A stretch of 64,000 bases of DNA, from positions 25,792,001 through 25,856,000 of the forward strand of contig CM126226.1 of the NCBI GenBank assembly GCA_052327205.1. The letters run 5' to 3'. Under the pieces are notes generated by a model. That model did no database searches and was not told where the DNA came from. It saw only the letters and a program-made list of their open reading frames with translations. Positions 50,507 through 62,421 of the stretch are shown here, piece after piece (within the stretch, counting starts at the first letter, position 1; each line of letters starts with the position of its first letter). Origin of the DNA: Somniosus microcephalus (Eukaryota). The position numbers were made by a program, and so were the translations under genes.

Positions 50507-51624
50507 GTGAGGATTAGAGTGGGCAGTTGAGCTTGTTAGAACTTGTGTAGTTAGTCGAGAACAACAAAGTTCATATTTTCCAGTGTGTGAATGTGAATGT
50601 GTCCGAAGTGGGAGGTGATATTCCCTCTTCAGAATAAATGTTTTCAGTCTAAGCAGTGATACATGGGCATATAACCCAAAGTTGTTAGTTAAAGCCTTCT
50701 AGACTGTGCGGACTATACAACAGTATCAAAAGTGTTTTACTTTCTTCTTCCAACGTTTACTTCTGTATATTTCCCCCCACCCCCTCCGGGCAAGATCTGA
50801 AGGACAAACAACAGGTTTGGCAAAATTCTGTATTAATACTTCAACATCGGATGAGGTTTTGTTGGGCAGTGTAGTGCAGATTAAAACTATTAGAGGATGC
50901 TCTACTCTAATCAAATCAAATAACAGTATTTGTGACAAAGTGTGCAACTTGTCACAGTTCCCTGGTTCTCCCAACATCTAACCTGCTGGTCACACTCAAG
51001 ACCATTGTGTTGGATCTTGGACAAGTGATTAGGGTAACCCAGGGATCATTTATTAGTTTTCTTGGGTTAGTTTGCACAATATTGGATTCCCATTGTTAAG
51101 ATTTTCAAACTACTTTTCTCCCTCTGCTTTTCTTCTTTTGTATCTTGGTGGTGCAGAGTTATATTGTATTGACCACAAAGGGGACCTCATAGGCAAGCCC
51201 TCCAGTACATCATCTAGTTGGTCATTATTCATGTGTAAGCTTAGACAGTAACTGATGGCAAGCTCGTCAATCTCTTTGGGAGCATCAGGGCTGAGCCCTC
51301 ACCCAGCATCCACTTGTGTGTACTTTCCAACTGGAGTGGGAACCCTGGCTGATTCACCGCGCCCCCCCCCCCCCCCCCCCCAATTACCTAGCCAAACACC
51401 GAGCAATTGTAGCACCCCAGCTGAGATCAGCTAACTTAACAGAACATGGGTTGAACCTGGGACATTCCTGGTCTGGACGGCTCAGTACCAGACTGGGTGG
51501 TGCATTTGGTGTATTTACTAAATGATCTATTAGAGGAACATAGATTTTCCAACTTTATAAGTTTGCAAGTGGCATGCTCAACTTGCATGAATCATGGTTA
51601 GTTGGTGACATGTCAGAATCCCAA

Positions 51625-53748
51625 CTGATTGTTGTTTGGCGTACTGACCTCTACCTAGCGGAAGCTGAACGCCAACTCTCCGACACCTCCTCCTACCTCC
51701 ACCTGGACCATGACCCCACTACCGAACATCAAACCACCGTTTCCAAGACTGTCACTGACCTCATCTCCTCTGGAGATCTTCCCCCCCGCTGCCACCAACC
51801 TCATAGTTCCCCAACCCCGCACAGCCCGCTTCTACCTCCTTCCCAAGATCCACAAACAGGACTGCCCTGTTCTTGCCCCACGGAACTTATCTTTTCCTAT
51901 CTTGACTCTATCTTTTCTCCCCTTGTCCAGTTTCTTCCCACCTACATCCGCGACTCTTCGGACGCCCTCCGCCACTTTAACAGTTTCCAGTTTCCTGGCC
52001 CCAACCGCTTCCTTTTCACCATGGACGTACAATCCCTCTACACCTCCATCCCCCACCCGGATGACCTGAGGGCACGCCGCTTCTTCCTTGAACAGAGGCC
52101 CGACCAGTCCCCATCCACCACTACCCTCCTCCGCCTGGCTGAACTTGTTCTCACATTGAACAACTTCTCCTTTAACTCCACTCATTTCCTCCAAATCAAA
52201 GGTGTTGCCATGGGTACCCGCATGGATCCTAGCTATGCCTGCCTTTTCGTGGGCTATGTGGAACAATCTTTGTTCCAGTCCTACTCGGGTCCCCTCCCTC
52301 ACCTCTTTTTCCGATACATTGATGACTGTATCGGTGCCGTTTCCTGCTCTCGCCCCGAACTTGACAATTTCATTCACTTTGCCTCCAATTTCCACCCTTC
52401 CCTCACCTTCACATGGTCCATCTCTGACTCTTCCCTTCCCTTCCTCGACTTCTCCGTCTCCATCTCTGGGGATAGGTTATCGACCAATATTCACTACAAG
52501 CCCATTGACTCCCACAGCTAGCTGGACTACACTTCCTCCCACCCCGCTTCCTGTAAGGACTCTATTCCATTCTCCCAGTTTCTCCGTCTCTGCCGTATCT
52601 GCTCCGACGATGCCACCTTCCACACCAGTGCTTCAGACGTGTCTTCCTTTTTCCGCAACCGAGGATTCCCCTCTACCGTGGTTGACACTGCCCTCGACCG
52701 TGTCAGTTCTATCTCCCGCACTTCTGCCCTCACCCCTGCCCCTCCCTCCCGGAACCACGATAGGGTTCCCCTTGTCCTCACCTTTCACCCCACCAGCCTC
52801 CAGATTCAACAGATCATCCTCCGGCATTTCCGCTACCTCCAAAGTGATCCCACCACCAAACGTATCTTCCCCTCCCCTTTCAGCATTCCGCAGGGACCGC
52901 TCCCTCCGAGACACCCTAGTCCACTCCTCTATCACCCCAAACAGCCCTTCCCCTTCGCCTGGCACCTTCCCGTGCAGGCGGAGGAGATGTAACACCTGCC
53001 CCTATACCTCCCCCCTTCCCACTGTCCAGGGCCCCAAACACCCCTTCCAGGTGAAACAGCGATTTACTTGTACTTCTCGCAATCTAGTATACTGTATTCG
53101 CTGCTCACGATGCGGTCTCCCCTACATTGGGGAGACCAAACGCAGATTGGGTGACCGCTTTGCGGAACACCTCCGTTCAGTCCGTAAGGGTGACCCCGAG
53201 CTTCCGGTTGCCTGTCATTTTAATTCACCACTCCATTCCCACTCGGACCTCACCGTCCTTGGCCTCTTGTATTGTTCCACGGAAGCTCAACGTAAACTCG
53301 AGGAACAGCACCTCATCTTCCGATTAGGCACTCTGCAGCCTTCCGGACTCAATATCGAGTTCAACAATTTCAGATCATAAGCTCGGCCCCCATTTCATTT
53401 TTTCTTGTAATTTTTCCACTCCTTTCCCCCCCCCCCCCCCCCTTTCCTTTTGTTTCTCTCTCACACCTGGCAGCTATCTTTTGCCCTGCCAGTACACTTT
53501 ACACCTAATCTCAGCCTATTACCATCTCGTCTAGCTTCTAATCTCTTTTACTTCTTTTGTTTCTTTTATTCTTTTGTCCGATCGCAGCCCTGCCTTCGAT
53601 CTAGTTTCTTTTCTTTCCAGTTTTGAAGAAGGGTTCGACCCGAAACGTCAACTCAAATTTCTCTCCACGGATGTTGCCTGACCTGAGTTTTTCCAGCATT
53701 TTCTGTTGTTATTTTGGATTTCCAACATCTGCAGTATTTTGCTATCGT
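51625..53748 (+). mobile_element. Penelope-like retroelement (RT + GIY-YIG endonuclease), 5'-truncated and disabled, with terminal repeat
   Basis: RT motifs TMDVQSLYTSI, GVAMGT and FRYIDD; GIY-YIG NLVYCIRCSRCGLPYIGET..LGDRFAEH; in-frame TAG at 52519-52521 and frameshifts near 51790 and 52870; ORF ends with TAA at 53380; terminal repeat 53615-53748. Confidence 0.93.
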
Positions 53749-54684
53749 GATTGTCAATACTATTTGGCAATAAATTGAGTTCTTGCAGTAGCCTAAAGCA
53801 ATGCTGTATCTGTTATTGTGCATCATTAACCCATGTGCATTCTTTGCTGTGATTCTAATCACTCCTCCCTCGTCTGTGATGCTTGTCAATTCTGTTTATG
53901 ATATGAGTGTTGTCTGATCTCGCTTCTCTGATGGTTCAGTAGATAAAGGCACTGCATGGCATGATATTGCATCAGACAGACTGTAATCATCTGAGAAATG
54001 GGACAGGTCACAGATTCAATTCCGTGTCTGATACTTTAGCCAGTCTCAGCCAGGACAGTGGTGGGGGCATTACATCTGGCCTTTATTTCCAACCTTGAGT
54101 TCAGGATAATATGGATTGATCTCGAGTGAGCCCTCGGCTGTAAAGTGAAGTGATCTGCCCCTCCCCTCCCCAACCCCAATAGCCTGCTAATAATCAGGCT
54201 CTGGGTTCATGCACATAGAATGACTACTTGGGTGAGTTACTGGAGACCTGGTGACGCTAATGGAGCTATACCCTAGCATGAGTCAGTGCCTTCAGGGAAT
54301 GAGGAAATCACCTGTGCTGAATGGAACTTCAAAATTATGATTACAGAGAAAGTGTCAGGAAAGAATCTAGTACCAAACGTACCTGCATCTTTTATCTCGA
54401 TTTTCCCCATTTGGTCTCTAATCTGAATTGTTTTCCAAGTCCAAGCTCTATACAAGCACCCATTGAACAGCGATCTGAGGAGTAATTTTTAATCTCGGCA
54501 CGCAGTCTAATGTCACATCTCATGAGAGCATATCTGCAACCACTGGGAACATCTAGATTTGCCTCCACTATGAGTGAAATTGGTTTCTACTGTATCATAA
54601 CTGATATTACAGAAAGGGCTTGGAAAGGCCTGTGCTTTCTAACACTGCTGACACTAAAGCACTTCTTTCAATTGAATGGGTACC

Positions 54685-55076
54685 AAAGTGTAGTGGGTTT
54701 GTTACTAGACTGCTAATTCAGAGGCCTGGACTAGTAATCCAGAGAACGAGAGTTCAAATCCCACCATCGCAGTTTGAGAATTTGAATTAACTTTATAAAA
54801 CATTTTTTTAAAAACTTGAGATAAAAAGCTGGTAATAATAAAAAGTAACCATGAAGCTGCTGGATTGCCATAAAAATGCATTTGGTTCATTAATGTCCTC
54901 TAAGAAAGGCAACTTGCCATTCTTACCAGGTCTGGCCTATCTGTGACTCACCCAGTCCCACACCAATGAGGTTGACTCTTAACTGCCCTCTGAAGTAGCC
55001 TAGCCAGCTACTCCGTTATACAACCATCTTTTCAAGGATGGCCAATAAAGTAACACCCACATCTCGAGAATGAATA
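54685..55076 (+). mobile_element. SINE-sized derivative of the tRNA-headed LINE family
   Basis: The head matches 18425-18730 and is fused directly to the family's 3' tail (ttcaagg..aataaa..cccacatc..aatgaat) with no coding part. Confidence 0.75.
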
Positions 55077-55125
55077 TTGAAAGAAATAGTCGGTTTCAGA
55101 CAGTAAAATGTATTTTTATTCTCAG

Positions 55126-55293
55126 GAGTTGATAAGTCAGGCAACTCGAATCCTGGGCTCGGTGGATTTTCTGGGTAATCCCATGGGGCTTCTGAACGAT
55201 GTATCGGAGGGCGTCTCCGGGCTGATCAGATATGGGAACGTTGGAGGCCTGATACGAAATGTCACGCATGGTGTCTCCAATTCAGCAGCTAAG
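55126..55293 (+). CDS. VPS13D: VPS13D exon 25 of 25
   Basis: tctcag|GAG..GCT AAG|gtacgt; ELISQATRILGSVDFLGNPMGLLNDVSEGVSGLIRYGNVGGLIRNVTHGVSNSAAK; 168 nt. Confidence 0.96.
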
Positions 55294-55559
55294 GTACGTT
55301 ACACAAACAAATAAAACAAGCTGACTGGTGTTTTGTTCATGATACAGCTGTTAGTGTGCATGGATTTATTTCCATCTGCTGACTGGAAATTTCCTCTCTT
55401 AAAATAGTAAACTTTGAGCATATGATCAGTGTTTTTAGTTAAAGTCTGATTTAGCTTGTGGTTACGTTAAACCTCTGGTCTTGAAAATATTAAAGTATGA
55501 GATTCCAGTGGGATTTCAGTAAAATGTAATGATGCAGATATAAAAATCACAACCACCCT

Positions 55560-56260
55560 GGGGGGGGGGGGGGAATTCGCCTCCCTTGCGCCTGCTGTTA
55601 ACGCCTCCGGGGGGCGCTAACTGGGCACAAAGGGCTTATCACCCGGGCGGGGGCGCTAATAGCGCCTGCCGAGAAATTCGGCGGGGCGCTACTGAGGCGC
55701 TAGCCGATAACGCCACGCTCCCGCCGGTAGCGTCCCAGGCCTCTGCGCCGCCGGCGATGACGTCATTGCTGAGCGATGCAAGCCCTTAGCGCCCCCACGG
55801 CCGAAATTCGGCTGCGCCCCACGAGGCTGCCACGGTCGATGTCCGCGACAACCTTGCAAGCCGGGCCACACACCGCTGGCAGGGCACTAATTAAAGGGGC
55901 AGGATGGCTGCGCCCCGTGCTGACATTTTTTATTTTGGCCGGCCCCTCTTGGCGTAGTCCGTGGCCGCCATTGCGCCGTCCAGCACCACGTCTCTGTGCT
56001 GGGCTGCAGCCACGGCACCACGCCGCCCTAGTGGAGCCTGTCAAACGGAAGGGGAGGGGTGCTGAAACGCATCAGCGCTATGCGGCGTGGCCGCATGGCA
56101 CTACCACGCTTTGCGCCTCACGCACCGCCCCAAGAGGAGGTGAAGTGCCCGAAATAGCGCTCTGCTTCCTCGCCGGGGCAGTAAGCCCAATTTAGCAGCC
56201 GTGGCAGTACTCCCACCCCGGGTGCTAAATGTGAGGCGCTAATTCGGCTACTGCCCCCCC
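55560..56260. mobile_element. GC/CpG-rich MITE related to 5786-6420 (opposite orientation)
   Basis: The left part resembles the reverse complement of 6250-6400 (gcggggcgcta, cgatgacgtca); degenerate gaatt..cgcctc termini. Confidence 0.6.
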
Positions 56261-56620
56261 AAAAATGTGTGTACTATATTCACTTGACTTTGCAACCAGG
56301 ACTGCACTTCAAAAGTAATTCATTAGCTGAGAAGCGTTTTGGGACATCTGAGGTTGTGAAAGGCACTATATAAATGCGAATTCCTTGTTTCTGAACAGTG
56401 AAAATGCCCAGCAATATAATTATAGATTTTGCCCTTCCAGTCATAAGTTGTACATGAAGCGAGCATTTTGAGCTGTACAACACTAGGGTGACTACAAGTC
56501 TGTGATTGGTAATGATGGGAGCAATTGAAGTAATGAATTAAAAGTATCACACACACTACTGGCACGATGCTAAACTGTATTGGCTAAATGGTGATTTTTA
56601 ATAATTGCATACTAGCACCA

Positions 56621-56967
56621 ATACAGAAATCACAGAAACCCCACAGTGCAGATAGAGGCCATTTTGGCCCATCGAGCCTGCACCGACACATATCCCACCC
56701 TATCCCCGTAACCCCTACACCAAGACATATCCCACCCTATCCCCGTAACCCCATGTATTTAATCCCCCTAACACTAAGGGTCAATTAATCATAGCCAATC
56801 AACCTAACCCGCACATCTTTGGACTGTGGGAGGAAACCGGAGCACCCGGAGGAAACCCACGCAAACACGGGGAGAATGTGCAAACTCCACACAGACAGTT
56901 GCCCGAGGCCGGATTCGAACCCGGGTCCCTGGCGCTGTGAGGCAACAGTGCTAACCACTATGCCACC
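56621..56967 (-). mobile_element. HE1-like V-domain SINE with CR1-derived tail
   Basis: Minus strand reads ggtggcatagtggttagcactg..gggttcgaatcc (A/B boxes), then gtgtggagtttgcacattctccccgtg..gggtttcctccgggtgctccggtttcctcccacagtccaaagatgtg (V-SINE core). Confidence 0.88.
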
Positions 56968-57789
56968 TTAGCGATCGACGTAGGGTAAATGTTGTCAGAC
57001 GAGACTCCCAACACAGAGGTCTGCCCAGTGGAAAGAAACATGGTTCAAAGAATCAGTGTGCCCAATTTGTAGTGATTCTGATTTTCTGGCAATTAATGTT
57101 CATTTACTCTTGTGTTCCTGACCTTGTTTGCAAATTCTAAACTACAAAGAATTGCAACATAAAAGAGAAGGTGGCTGTAACAAGGAAATTTAAAAAATAT
57201 ATAATATACAATGCTGGAAAACCACAGCAGCTGCTGTAATGAGAAAAGACAGGTTACTGTTTTGGGTGTAAACTCTCCCATTAGGACTGGAAGAAAAGCA
57301 AGCCCCCTTTCTGGGACTGAACAAAACAGGAGTGGGGGGCGTACATCACACTCCTGTTGGAAACAGGCACAATGGGTTTGATAATCTGCAAACAGAACTG
57401 CAGCTGTGAGTACTTTGTGTTCTCCAAAAAAATAGATCTAGGTAAGTTTAAAAACGCTAATCACTGTCACTTCCTGTCAAACCACTTGCTGACGGGAAGT
57501 GAGTGGCTCTTGACTGAATCTGGAAATCAAAAGGGTGGGATCCTGTGGGAAGAACAATAACCTGTAATTAAGAATTATCTTTTAACTTTGTAACTAAAGT
57601 ACTTCCTCCTTTACTTGACTTCTCTATTTCATAATTACTGCCAGCATATAAGTCACACCTTAATTTGGAGGGGGGTGGGGAGGGAGTGAGGCCATTGTTT
57701 TTATTTATTTATATAGAAGGTACCAGCAGTTTGCAGGCTTCTAAAGCCAAAGCCCCCACACTGCTGCTTTATGGGCAGTTCTCAGTCAC

Positions 57790-57892
57790 ATGACTCTATT
57801 TCTCTCTCCACGGACGTTGCCTGGCCTGCTGAGTTCTTCTAGCATTTTCTGTTGTTTTGGATTTCCAGCATCCGCAGTATTTTGCTATCGTA
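57790..57892 (+). repeat. Solo Penelope terminal-repeat fragment
   Basis: Matches 53652-53748. Confidence 0.8.
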
Positions 57893-58402
57893 CATTTTAG
57901 AGAAGTCTTGTTATGTCCTTAGACTGGAACATGAGGTAATGTAACTGGTGAATGATCACTTATACAGAAGATGGCTCAATATTGTCCACCAACTCAGTGG
58001 GCAAGTAATATGTGGGTAAATTTTACAGTTTAGTACTCCAGGTGCAGAGTTTCATGCAGCAGGAGCACATATCGGGCATCTGGGCACACAGGTGAGTGCA
58101 CATGATTCGTGGCCTGTCTGGTTTTTAAATTATTCAAAATTACTATCCAGACCAGACTGCTGGAGTTTCGGTTTCTTCTGACAAGTGTAAGAGTTCTAAG
58201 TGAGGAGAGTTTGGGGCAATGCTTAGTAGCATGAGATTGCAACCAAGAACTGTCCATAATTTACCATTCTTTGGCAGTCTCCACTCAAGCATTATTAATG
58301 TGACATATCAGTGTTGCTGTGTTTTTTTTTAACTGGGAGACTTGGATGAAGGGACAAGATCTATAGGCAAGACATCACTAAAGTTGAGAAGAGTAGCAGA
58401 CA

Positions 58403-58496
58403 GCAACAGAAAATGCTGGAAAAACTCAGCAGGCCAGGCAACATCCGTGGAGAGAAAATAGAGTCAACATTTCGGGTAAAAACCCTTTGTCAAGAC
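58403..58496 (-). mobile_element. 94-bp Penelope terminal-repeat insertion with 11-bp TSD
   Basis: Flanked by agtagcagaca at 58392-58402 and 58497-58507; the body is the reverse complement of 53620-53710. Confidence 0.82.
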
Positions 58497-58619
58497 AGTA
58501 GCAGACAACACTACCTAAACCGTGGGTAACATTGCGGGGTGGGGAGGGAAGCCATTGCTGGAGATGCTCTGGCTCCAGTCATATAGATAAGGGTGGAACC
58601 AAGTGAGCACAGTCCCACT

Positions 58620-58860
58620 GAGCTGGATAACAGCGCACAGGTGTGTGTAGAGAGGTAAAGGAGGACAAGGAAAAATAATGCACCACAGTCACAGAGCATG
58701 TCATTTGTAATTGGTCAGGGCCATTTTGGTGCTGTGACAAGCAGAAATCTGATTGGAGGGATTCAAATATGGAGTTGTGGGAAAGATGGACATGAATTTG
58801 GGAGGCGACAGCATGTTCACTGACCTTGGAGAGGAAAGGGAGGTTGGAGTTTGGGGTCAA
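58620..58860 (-). mobile_element. Old L2 RT fragment
   Basis: SNLPFLSKVSEHAVASQI..LSHNSIFESLQSDF resembles the L2 RT N-terminal motif. Confidence 0.65.
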
Positions 58861-60878
58861 GGGACCAGGAGGTGGGTTTCATGGACAAGATGAGATGAGC
58901 TTAGAAAGGGCACAAGAGGAAATGGGAGAAAAGCCTAGATATCAACACTGAGGTTGCATGAAGGAGGTTGAATAGAATAATCCCCAACTTGATGGGGTTT
59001 ATTCCAAGTCCTATTTCCTTGTTGAGGGCAGTGAACACAAGTGACGGGACCTAAACCTGCTAAAGTACTAAGTAATGTTACAAACCACGTTCAGACTCTT
59101 CCACCAGTGCTTATGATGAACAGTTCAGTGGTGAGCATGAACTGATTACATACAGAAGAAAAGCGTATAAAAAAATTAATAAATAAAATGGATGGCAAAA
59201 ATATAAAATGAAAGTGGGATGTATAGCTGGGGTACAATTCTCACCAGCATGTATACAGTGACATTAAAAAATGTGTACATGTATCCTATTTTACAAGAGT
59301 TTTTCGTATCCACTTTACAAAGTCTTTAAAAGCAATTGTTTTTCTAATCTTATTAATTACAGAACATGACTTGGAACCAAGAGCTTTGAGTGTTATCTGT
59401 GTTTGCCATTTTTTGGTTTTGTTCAGAATAGTTCGGACTAATGTGGTAGTTCTTAGTTCATATAAAGTATAATTGCTTTTCCATTTTGTCACAGAGCTCC
59501 ACTAGGTGAACTCTCCCCGTTTAAGTCTAACCCGTCGAGAGCAGTTCAACATATTTATCTTGGCAAGCAGTCGAGGTTGAAAGAAAGTTCACATCAGCTG
59601 GCTCTGCACTTGTCCTTTTGCTGCACTGTCTATCTTTTAGGTTTAAACAGTACTTTGATCCTAAATATAGTCACCAGAGAGAAATTATTCCTTCTTAAGA
59701 CATCACTTTAAATATTTTTCTTGTTGTAGTTCACATGAATGTAAATAAACTAGAGGGAGTTGAATAAACTAGAGGGATGTATAAAGATACATTTTTCTTC
59801 AGTTTTTGTTCACATAAAAGTTATATTAAGTAGCAGTCCTGTCTCACATTTAACAAACTGCAAAACCAGTGATAACTTCAGTGGGTCTCACCTTCCTCGT
59901 TATACTGCAAGTTGTAAATTATGTGGAAATTGATTTTAAAACACTGATAGGAAGGAAAAGCAACAAGATTTTTACACTTTTCCTGATACAAGTGTATTCT
60001 GAATACAAGCATTGTATCTTCACCTATAATTTCTAAGCTGTATTGTAATAAGTGTCCAGGATTGTGATGTTATTGGACAAATAATTAGCTTTCAAGCGCA
60101 AAAAAGTGTTAAACAAGACTGTCTGACTCCATCCATGTGATGAACAACCAGCTGCCCAGTTTTATGCAGGGATCTGCAGATGTTCCATTTTATATGGTTT
60201 TAGGTTGCATCCAAAATAATTTACAGCACCCTGTTTGTACCACAGTGCATCGAAAGGTCACTTGGAAACTTTTATCCCTTATTTGCTCATTATTTTTCCA
60301 AATTTTTTGTAACCTGACCAATCCAGTACGATTATATGTGAGGATGCAATGATGTTATTCAGAATTGCCGCAACAAATGTTTAATCAACAATAGTGTAAA
60401 ACTCTCGTTACTTTTCTTTTATCTGATTCTGCTAACTTTGTCCTGTAAATGTTGTACTCTGTAGACTAGTGGAGAAATCAACTTTCCCAAAACAATTTTG
60501 ATGCAGTTTATAATTTACAACCTGCTGGATATGGGGGAGATGAGGAGCAACGAGATTTTTGCAGCCATAAAGTCTTCCAGGGTGGGAAGGGTCTGACTGG
60601 CTGGAGTATGTCCGTTGCACTCACATTAGTAGTGTTCTCGTAATAAAGCCATCCTGAGCTGTTGTGTGAGGATGCATTTTTTATGCTGGATATTTACTGA
60701 CAGAACTTCATTGTGCTATTTTATAATGTGAATTATCATTTGCTGGGAACGTTGCATCGATAGTGTTTTGCTATTTGTTAACGAGTGCTAACAGGACTTA
60801 ATATTTTAACTGAATAGCAAAATTATACGAATGTCTGTATATACCCTTGAAAAATGTTTCAGTGGTTTTATTGACATA

Positions 60879-61362
60879 CAGGAAACTCTCGTTTAAACGG
60901 CACCTAAATATCCGGAATTCCCTATTAACCGGCAAAATTCTCACTCCGAAAACAACACCTCAGTAACCGGCAATGTTGCCGAGTCCGAGTCTCCCGCGGT
61001 AGCTGAGTTAGTCAGTGGGGGTAGTTCTCCAAACTGCCACTACTCGGCCTCTTGGCGCTGTCGGAGATCCGAACACCTCAATAACAGGAGTCTGACTCTC
61101 CCGCGCTGCCAGTAGTCTCTTCTGATCCGCCATTTTACAGGGGTACTGTGTGTCTCCCACGCTTCTGGCAGTACTGTACTTAATCAAGCATCTTCCACCA
61201 TCCATTTAACACATTCTGTAGGTGAGTACCCAATTACTGTATACTGCACATTTTTTTTAATTTTTCTTTGTTAAAAATAGCCTCGGTAAATAACCCTCTC
61301 CGTCATCCGGAATTTTTGATCAACCGGCAACACGCCGGTGCCGGATACCAAAGAGTTTCTTG
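60879..61362. mobile_element. Tigger/pogo-type MITE related to family A, with a different interior
   Basis: TA|caggaaactct ... agagtttcttg|TA; the right-end reverse complement (caagaaactctttggtatccggcacc) matches the family A left end. Confidence 0.82.
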
Positions 61363-62421
61363 TAATATGGGAAGACGACAGTTTTCTTTTGCAGGAGGGC
61401 AGCTAAACCTTGTTGCAAATGACCTGGTAAAGAAATTGATAAAAACTAAACCGTGCAAGTGATAGAAATCTGACCAAAAGCAGAACGTTCTGCACATGTG
61501 CAGGTCAGTTAGCATCCGAAAGAGAAAAGTGTTAACATTTGGGGTATGATTCATTCTTTATGAAAGGCTGCACCCGAGATATTAATCTTTCACATGCTGT
61601 GAATTTTCTGTTCTTAAGCATTATTGCAAAGGGAATTCAGGTTCCAGCCATTGGGTGGATTCGATAAGATGCTTTTATACTGCTGTACTGCCACTGACTC
61701 TGGATACACCGGTCTCAAGCAGCCAGTGGCAACTTCAAAATAGGTTAATTCCTATGGTGTGGGCCCCATGCATTGGGAGCCGGTGGCACTACCACGGCAC
61801 TTAACCCCATTTAGAAGTAGCTATAGCGAACCAGGCTGAGTTTCCAGGAACCCAAACACTGTGTGAACGCAGACAGCCAGCCCTGTGCATTTTGCTCTAT
61901 GCGGAAGTGAGCCTAGCACGCCTTCAGAAACTGGCTCTCCAGTCCAAGCGTAAAAGTGGGAGAGTGGCACTCGGGCATTTCTCTTCCCGAACAGGATGCC
62001 GGAAGAGCACCTTTTAAGGAGCTTGTTTTTGCCCAGGTTTTAAATATCTCCATCAACTAATGTTATTCCAATAGAACATGATTGAGCTTATATTGGGGAC
62101 GCAGCATCACAAAATTTACCCTCCTCTATGTCAGACTCCATCACCAGAATTGTCAAATTAAATTTTTAATGGTGAGGAATACCAGCTTGAACTGTAATCT
62201 ACATAGCAAATGTTGCTGTGAACTGTATTTTGCATCTTTAATTCCACTTCACTGAGTGTTTATTTAATTTAAAAAGGCACTTCTCATTGACTTAAGTGGG
62301 ATGTTCTGTTCTCTTTCTTGTAACTGGTGGTGTGCTACTGTCGGACTAAAATGGTTGGTTTGTTTGATGTGCTTGTTGTTACCCAGGGACAGAGTATCAC
62401 GTCTATGTAACAAACTGTGGC

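Larger units (their letters stand above)
6945..55293 (+). other. VPS13D: VPS13D gene segment: 25 internal coding exons of a bridge-like lipid transfer protein (VAB repeats, ricin-B-like insert, start of ATG2_C region); gene is incomplete at both ends of the window
   Basis: All 25 exons have AG/GT boundaries and matching phases, and they join into 3725 nt with no stop. The translation is colinear with vertebrate VPS13D as I recall it (KRRQPFVP..LRNHTG through GSVDFLGNPMGLLNDVSEG..SNSAAK). Six VAB-type Asn motifs are visible: ALRNHT, IVKNKL, VLTNLL, WLLNKT, LLDNRS, RIDNFS. Confidence 0.96.

Noticed and set aside
56688-56752. 28-bp direct repeat at 37-bp period
   Set aside because: A local slippage duplication inside a SINE tail.
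56900-56967. tRNA-like A/B boxes (also at 29040 and 18427)
   Set aside because: These are SINE/retroelement heads that continue into repeat bodies; there is no full cloverleaf.
60739-60790. TTT GCT GGG AAC (FAG..) resembling the start of the next VPS13D exon (FAGTLSDG)
   Set aside because: There is no AG acceptor in front and similarity ends after three codons. The next exon appears to lie beyond the window.
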